Assembly (NCBI RefSeq): GCF_009914755.1 | Contig: NC_060931.1 | Reading direction: 5' to 3' (one strand) | Length of the DNA stretch: 64,000 nucleotides | Source of the DNA: the human T2T-CHM13v2.0 reference genome, Homo sapiens | In this document: positions 52,502 through 64,000 of the stretch, piece by piece | How the letters are laid out: each line of letters begins with the position of its first letter | Numbering within the stretch: the first letter of the stretch is position 1 | Program-made: the position numbers and the translations under genes | The notes under the pieces: generated by a model | Told to the model about the DNA's origin: nothing | Database searches by the model: none | What the model saw: only the letters and a program-made list of their open reading frames with translations

Positions 52502-55500
52502 TTACTTAAGAATAAACTATGATAATTAAGGCTGCATACTATAAATTCTAACTCACTAAAATAATAACAGTGTGATAGCCAAAAACCCAACAAAAGATAT
52601 AAAGTAGAATCATAAAAAATTCTCAACTAATCAAAAGGAAGGAAGACAAACAGAGACATTTTAAAAAGAAACAAAGAAGATGAGACTAAAAGAAAGCAAA
52701 GACAGTGGACTATAACCTAACTCGTTTTATCAATAATCACATTACATGTAAACGGTTTATACATCCCCAATTATGAGACAGAAACAGACTGATGAAAACA
52801 AGCAAGATCCAAATCTTGCTGCCTACAAGAAATAATACTTTAGATATAAAGATGCAAATAGGTTAAAAGTAAAAGGATGGAATAAGATATAGCATGCATG
52901 CATTACTCAAAAGAATGCTTCATAAATAACAAAGTACATTTCACAGCCTGGAATATTAGCAGGGATAAGGAAGGCCATTTTACAAAGTGGTTAATTAATC
53001 AACAGGACGTAATAACCTTGAACATTTATGTATCTAATATAACACATAAAGCAAAAAGTGGTAAAATTGCAAAGAGAAACAGAACCACAACTGCAGCAGA
53101 TTTCAATCCCCTCTCCCCCACAATTGATACAAGTGGGCACACAATCAACAAGGATATAGTACACCTGAACAACACAACCAACCAACTTGATCTCATTAAC
53201 ATTTATCAAACACTCCACCCAACCAGAGCAGAACAAGCCATCTTCTCAGGCATGCACAGAATTTTCCCAAGACAGATCCTATTATGAGCCATAAATTTAA
53301 GAGGTTCCATGTAGTATTCCAGACAAAAATTCAGTCTAAATCTAATCATGAAGAAAGATCAGGGAAACCTAAATTTAAAGACTTCTATAAAATCACTGGC
53401 CTGTATTCTTCAAATATTATAATGGCACTGAGGAACAAATCCATATTAAACAGACTTAAAAAGCATGAAAACTAAAGGCAATTAACAGTCCTAGACTGAA
53501 TCTTCTACCAAAAATTAAAAATTGCTATAAGGGAAATTATTGGGAAATTGGCCAAACTGGAAAATGAACTACAGATAAAAGTATTAAATCAATGATAAAT
53601 TTCCTGAATTCAATTACTGTGCTATGGATATTTAACAGAATGTTCTTGATTTTATGAGATATAATCTAAAACTTTATAGGGTAAAGAGGCATGACATACC
53701 CACTCTCAAATAGTTCAGAAAATATATATAGACACATATGTATATATGCATATAAATGATTAATGTGGGAAAATGTTAAGAATGAAGTGTCTGAACAAAA
53801 GGAAGTGTCTGGGATTTCTTTGTAAAATCCTTGCAATTTTTCTGAAAATTTGAAATGATTTCAAAATAAAATGCTAAATAGAAAATAATGCTATCAAATA
53901 TATATTATATGTATACATTTGCTATCAAATATATCAAATATATTTCAAAAGGACTCAGAAACCAACTTAAAGGGATTCCGTCTGGCCAAAGATGGAACCA
54001 CTTAATTTTCAAAAAGAATCACAACTTCTATGTACTGAAATATTTACTATCTGTTTAAACCCATGAGCTCATGATGGTAACAAAACAAAAAAACCTTCCT
54101 GCTTAGAAGCCTACTCAATATTATAGAAACTGTCTTTCCTGCATGAATTACATAAACAAATAAAGAATAGAAATTTATCTTTAGAAAAGTATTCTAGGCC
54201 AGCTGTGGTGGCTCATGCCTATTATCCCAACACTGGGAGGTCAAAGAAGAGGATCACTTGAGCCCAGTTCAAGACCAGCCTGGGCAACAAAGAGAAACCT
54301 GTCTCTACTAAAAATTAAAAAATCAGCTGGGCATTGTGGCATATGACTATACTCCCAGCTACTTGGGAGGCTGAAGTGGGAGGATCACTTGAGCACAGGA
54401 GTTTGAGGCTGCAGTGAGCCATAAATGCGCCAGCCTGGGCGACAGAGTGAGACTCTGTCTCCAAAAAGAGAAAAGAAAAGAAACGTATTTTGGCTAGTAA
54501 ATAAAGAATAAATGGTAGAATTAGCAGATCACCATTTTGCCTCCCCTAATGAACTAGTAAATCACAGCAATAATCAACAGTCAATAGTTCTTAACTTCAC
54601 AAAAACAAAGAAGGTAACACGTGCCTCCAGAAGTAGACAAATGCCACATATGGTATAGTTGTGTGAAAAGAACTGAACATAAACTTGATTAGACTTCTAG
54701 ATCAAACTACCAATTTTACAAGGCATATGAGATATTTTTTAAAAATTTGCTAAAGGTGAAACAAGGGTAACACAATCCAAACTGAGGATAACCAACACAG
54801 TTTCTTCAAAACAATGAGCACGCAAGAGACATACTATGGGAACTATTAAAAGATTTAACGCAACTGCCACATGTATTAAGAGAGTATTATGGGTTATTCC
54901 TAGCCCCTTTAAAAAAATTCTTTATTGGCCACGTGTGGTGGCTTACACCTGTAATCCTAGCACTTTGGGAGGCCAAAGTGAAAGGATAACTTGAGGCCAG
55001 GAGTTTGAGACCAGCCTGAGCAATACAGTGAGAATACATCTCTAGGCCAGGAGCAGTGGCTCACGCCTGTAATCCTAGCACTTTGGGAGGCCGAGGCAGG
55101 CAGACTGCCTGAGCTCAGGAGTTCGACACCAGCCTGTGTGACACAGTGAAAGCCAGTCTCTACTAAAATACAAAAAAAATTAGCCAGGTGTGGCAGCGTG
55201 CATCTGTAGTCCCAGCTACGTGGGAGGCTGAGGCAGGAGGATCGCATGAGCCCAGGAGATTGAGGCTGCAGTGAGTTTTGATCACATCTACACTCCAGCC
55301 TGGATGACACAGCAAGACCCTATCTCAAAAAAAGAAAAAAAGAAACAAAACAAAAGACTTCACCATTTAAAGACAAACAGAAATACTTACAGATGAATCT
55401 TTTTAAGAGCCAAGAAAAGAGAGACTCCATGGAGAAAATATCAGTTTCGAAGTAACGGATGTCAAAGGCAGACAAAGGGTCCTGTGAGGAAGGGGCTAGG

Positions 55501-56007
55501 AATTGCCCGCTGGATTTGACTGCAATTAAATCACTGGTCATCTTTACTGACTGACTCAGCAAAGTGAAAAGGACAAAACGAAAACACTGAGAACTGAAAT
55601 GAGAAACAGAAATGAGGAAATCTTCACAAGAGAGTAACTGTTTGTATTGTTTGCTGTGCAACCCAAACAAAAAGACGAACAAATATCTGAAGGATGATCA
55701 TGTCATTCATTCCCCCCATGATCTAGGACTCAACAGTAAAAACAGAATTCTGTTTACTTGGATCACGATATTTCCGTCCCTGGAAAAATTATATGCACCA
55801 AGTTCTCCTTGGGCAGCAGGCCCTCTGCTTACATAAGCACCAAGAATAAGCCATAAGTCAGTAATTTAATGGTTGTTGTTAGGAAAGCTATCCACAATTA
55901 TATCAACTTGAATGAAGAAATTTTTCCAAGTCCTAGAAAATCTTTTAAATCCACAAGTAACAAAATTGGTTTCTCCTTATAATCAATGCAAATCATGTCA
56001 TGGATGG

Positions 56008-56382
56008 TGATATGGTTTCAGTTTGTGTCGCCTCCCAAATCTCATATTCAATTGTAATCCCCAATGTTGGAGGTGGGACCTGGTGGGAGGTGATTGGATC
56101 ATGGGGACAATTTCCCTTTTGGTGCTGATACTGAGTGAGTTATCACAAGATGTGGTTGTTTAAAAGTGTGTAGCGCCTCCCCCTCCTTCTTCCTTCTCCT
56201 CTGGTGATGAAGATGTACCCGCTTTTCCTTCGCCTTCCACCATGACTGTAAGTTTCCTGAGGCCTCCCCAGCCATGCTTCCCATGATAGAGCCTGCAGGT
56301 GTGAGCCAATTAAACCTCTTTTCTTTATAAATTACCCAGTCTTGGTTATTTCTCTATAGCAGTGTGAGAATGGACTAATACA
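56008..56382 (+). mobile_element. MaLR (MSTA-like) solo LTR; TSD GATGG
   Basis: Same termini and TSD; retains ggaggtgggacctggtgggaggtgattggatcatgggg. Confidence 0.88.
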
Positions 56383-56558
56383 GATGGCATTTTCCTTTTG
56401 TGATGACTGCCAAGAATGTCAGTCCTGGGTGCGGCTCAATTTCAACAGCCTTAAAATATACTACCCATACATACAAGCTTCACAAATCATTTTTGGTGCT
56501 GATCTGCCACACTAACTATATTTTACAGGATAATGTCTATTTCCACATTCCCATTTTA

Positions 56559-57319
<761 letters not shown>

Positions 57320-58599
57320 TCACTGAAGTCATGAGGGCTCCGGCCTGCAAAGGCAGAAATCTCCTGCATTACGAACCACAAAAGAAAGCTCAAATAGGTT
57401 AACACCCTGTGAACACTCAGCTGCAAACACTCAGAAGGGCCTAAAAGAGTGATACAGGGTTTCACCACATTGGCCAGGCTGGTCTCGAATTCTGGCCTCA
57501 AGTGATCCACCTGCCTCGGGCCAACATGGCAAAACCCCGTCTCTACTTAAAAATAGCAAAAAAATTAGCCAGGCATAGTGTCACATGCCTGTAGTCCCAG
57601 CTACTCAGGAGGCTGAGGCACAAGAATCATTTGAATCTGGGAGGTGGAGGTTGCAGTGAGCGGAGACCACGCTGTTGCACTCCAGACTGGGTGAGAGATA
57701 CTGTCTCAAAAAAAAAAAAAAAAAAAAAAAAAAAAGTGATAGGGGAAGCATGCACTTGTAACTTTGTAACTCTAAGATAATCAGATAGTAATTAGGTGAG
57801 TTAAGACTCTCATGGGTAACATGGTCTGCCATCAAGTACAACGTGCAAAAAGAAAAAAATTTCCCATTATACAGCTCATGATTTTTGTGGTTTGTTTGCT
57901 GAGACAGGGTCTCAATCTGCCACCCAGGCTGGAGTGCAGTGGTGCATTCACGGCTCTCTGCAGCCTCGACCTCCTGGGCTCCATCCATCCTCCCACTTCA
58001 GCCTCCTGAGTAGTTAGGACCACAGGTGCATCCCAGCATGCCTGGCTGCTTTTGTATTTTTTGTAGAGTCAGGGTCTCCCTATGTTGCCTAGGCTGGTCT
58101 CTAACTCCTGGTCTCAAGGGATACTCCTGCTCTAGGCCCGCAAAGTGCTGGGATTACAGGTATGAGCCACTGCATCCGGCCCGCGTTTTCTTATTGTCTC
58201 TCTAAACTGCTTAAAATCAAAGAAGCCATAGGAATTGAATATGTGAGCTCTCAGAAATGAAATGAATGTGTATAAAATATGGTTTTGTTTCTAAATTATC
58301 TAACTGAACTTGGTTATTGCTGCACCTAATAATCTTCTATTAAGAAAACTAGGATACGGGAGAAAGAGCACTGGCCTGGGAGATAAGACTCCTGAGTTCT
58401 ACTATGAGTAATTCCATCCACAAAGCCAGTGACCTGGTCAAGTCACCCACCTGCTAAGGCCCAGTCTCTTCCCCTAGCAACTGAGGCAGCAGGAGAGAAT
58501 CCCTGCAGGCTGTTCCTGCATTACTACGATTCTCCCAGGGCAGATCTAAGGGGCGAATCAGCAGACACTTAAATGAGAGAACAGAGGTGCTGAGGGACG

Positions 58600-59640
58600 T
58601 TTAGAGGCGGTCGAAATCTGGAGCACGGAGAGGAGGAGGAAGGGCTGTTAGGGGTTAGCGGGGAGTGGAGACGACGTCCGCAGCTGAGGGTGGTGACACC
58701 CTCCACGCCCCCGTAAGCCTCGTCCTCCCAGATCTTCCCATGCAGCGCCTGTTCCGTGCAGCCGGACCCTGCCCTCGAACCCAAACACACGTCTCTCCTG
58801 CAAGCGATCGGGACCCTCCCCCTGCCCCACACTCAAAGGTCCCCAACACACGGTGACTTCACCCAGGCCCTTCTCGCTCTGGGCCCGAAAATCCCAGACT
58901 TACCCTCCTGGGGCTCCGCAGCCTCTGCCCCCCGGCTCCCGAGAGGCCGGGGCGGGGCTGCTGTCGCTGGCGCGCGCGTCTGCTCGCGAGGTCCCCTCCT
59001 GTCCACCTCACCAAGGCTGTTCTGCTCCCGAGGGGCCCGGGCCGGGCCTACGGGGCAAATCCAGGCGGGTGTCCTTCTGGGGGCCCAGATCCGCCTCCCT
59101 GGGGCTCACCATACAGCGACGGCCTAGTCTAGGCCGCCAAGGACACATACGGGCCAGGCCCGGGTCCCGCCGCCCCTTCGCCTCCGCCGCCACTTCGCCT
59201 CCGCCGCCACCTCAGCCGACTCCCTCCCGGCCCCTCTGGCCCCAGCGCCGCCGACTCCGGGGCTCACGCTCCGGGGTCCCCGCTTGAGCCTCCACCCGGC
59301 CCGCGCGAACCCTGGTCTGCACAGCTCCGCGTCCGCCTAGGTGCTGGCCCGGGCGGTCAGCATCCAGCCCCGCAGGCTATGCGATGCTCGTCCACTGCAG
59401 GCCAAACCCTAGGAACGAGAGCAAGCGGCGACCTGAAGACTCACAGGAAGCGAGGGCAGTGCGGCGGCAGCGCGCATGCCCGAACACGCACGCCGGGAGA
59501 GGTGCACACGCGCAGGAGTGCACCGGAAGTCCGCCTCCCAGGGCCCACTGCTGGTCTCCGGACAAGTACTGGACTCTATTTCCCATGAGCCTATGCGCCT
59601 CACAAGTTTAGGGGCGGTTTTAAATGTCTCTACCCCGCCT
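58600..59640 (-). promoter_or_regulatory. CpG-island promoter/exon 1 of the KRAB-PMS2 locus (exon 1 donor at 58904)
   Basis: CpG-dense; donor CAGGAGG|gtaagt; NRF1-like GCGCATGCCCG at 59472-59482; ETS/GABP CCGGAAGT at 59523-59530; ZNF143-like ACTCTATTTCCCATGAGCC at 59573-59591. Confidence 0.85.
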
Positions 59641-60139
59641 AGAGGATAAGAAACTCCAGGCTATGAGCTTTGGCAGCCCTGAACACCGGACTGAACTTCA
59701 CGTTTGTCTTTACTCCCTTTTAGTCCAGGGCTGCCTTACTGGGTCCTGGAGCCCAAGTCCTCTGGGTTAGAACCGAGTTTCCCATAAGGAGAAGGAAAGG
59801 AAAGGGTGTCTCTTGGTCACTGCGCTGAAATGCTAAGAGAAGTTTCACTCAAATACTAGGACAGGATAAATGCCCAGCGATGCTTTCCAAGGAACAAAAA
59901 GAAAAAAGAACTTGTAGCCGGGCGCGGTGGCTCACGCCTGTAATCCCAGCACTTTGGGAGGCCGAGGCGGGCGGATTGCGAGGTCAAGAGATAGAGACCA
60001 TCCTGGCCAACATGATGAAACCCTGTCTCTACTAAAAATACAAAATTTAGCTGGGCTAAATTCGAGTTCTCTCGAATTCCACTTTTGCTCAGTTTTTCTT
60101 TGTCAGCACTCATTGTCAGGAGTGTTTAAGTGCTGTACC

Positions 60140-63970
<3,831 letters not shown>

Positions 63971-64000
63971 TCGGGACTTTCTATTTGATCATTCCCATGG

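Noticed and set aside
58904-59193. ATG-initiated N-terminal extension of the KRAB-PMS2 ORF from exon 1
   Set aside because: The frame contiguous with MNTLQ is open back to a TGA near 59106 but has no ATG; the MCPWRPR frame stops at 59008 in this sequence.

Overview
Primate (almost certainly human) Alu-dense segmental-duplication mosaic. Its order matches my recollection of the 7q11.23 POM121C 5' region - SPDYE5 - PMS2P3 locus; I could not verify this by search. (1) A ~13 kb minus-strand KRAB-ZNF 5' module (CpG-island promoter/exon 1, MNTLQ start exon, 127-nt KRAB-A exon, KRAB-B exon, no zinc fingers) occurs twice in direct orientation, at ~5.5-18.2 kb and ~46.6-60.1 kb. (2) An intact plus-strand Speedy/RINGO E gene has 7 coding exons and 402 aa (25390-33269). 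(3) Downstream of KRAB copy 2 lie PMS2 exons 2-5, then an exonised MaLR LTR and an antisense terminal exon overlapping the SPDYE 3' UTR. One canonical splice path gives an open 264-codon KRAB-MutL/GHKL fusion, and closely spaced alternative AG acceptors switch its frame. KRAB copy 1 has an acceptor shifted by 1 nt, which would make it a 67-aa KRAB-A-only uORF. The rest is Alu, L1, L2, ERV1/MaLR remnants and simple repeats. Exon boundaries were read by hand; repeat boundaries and subfamily calls are approximate.
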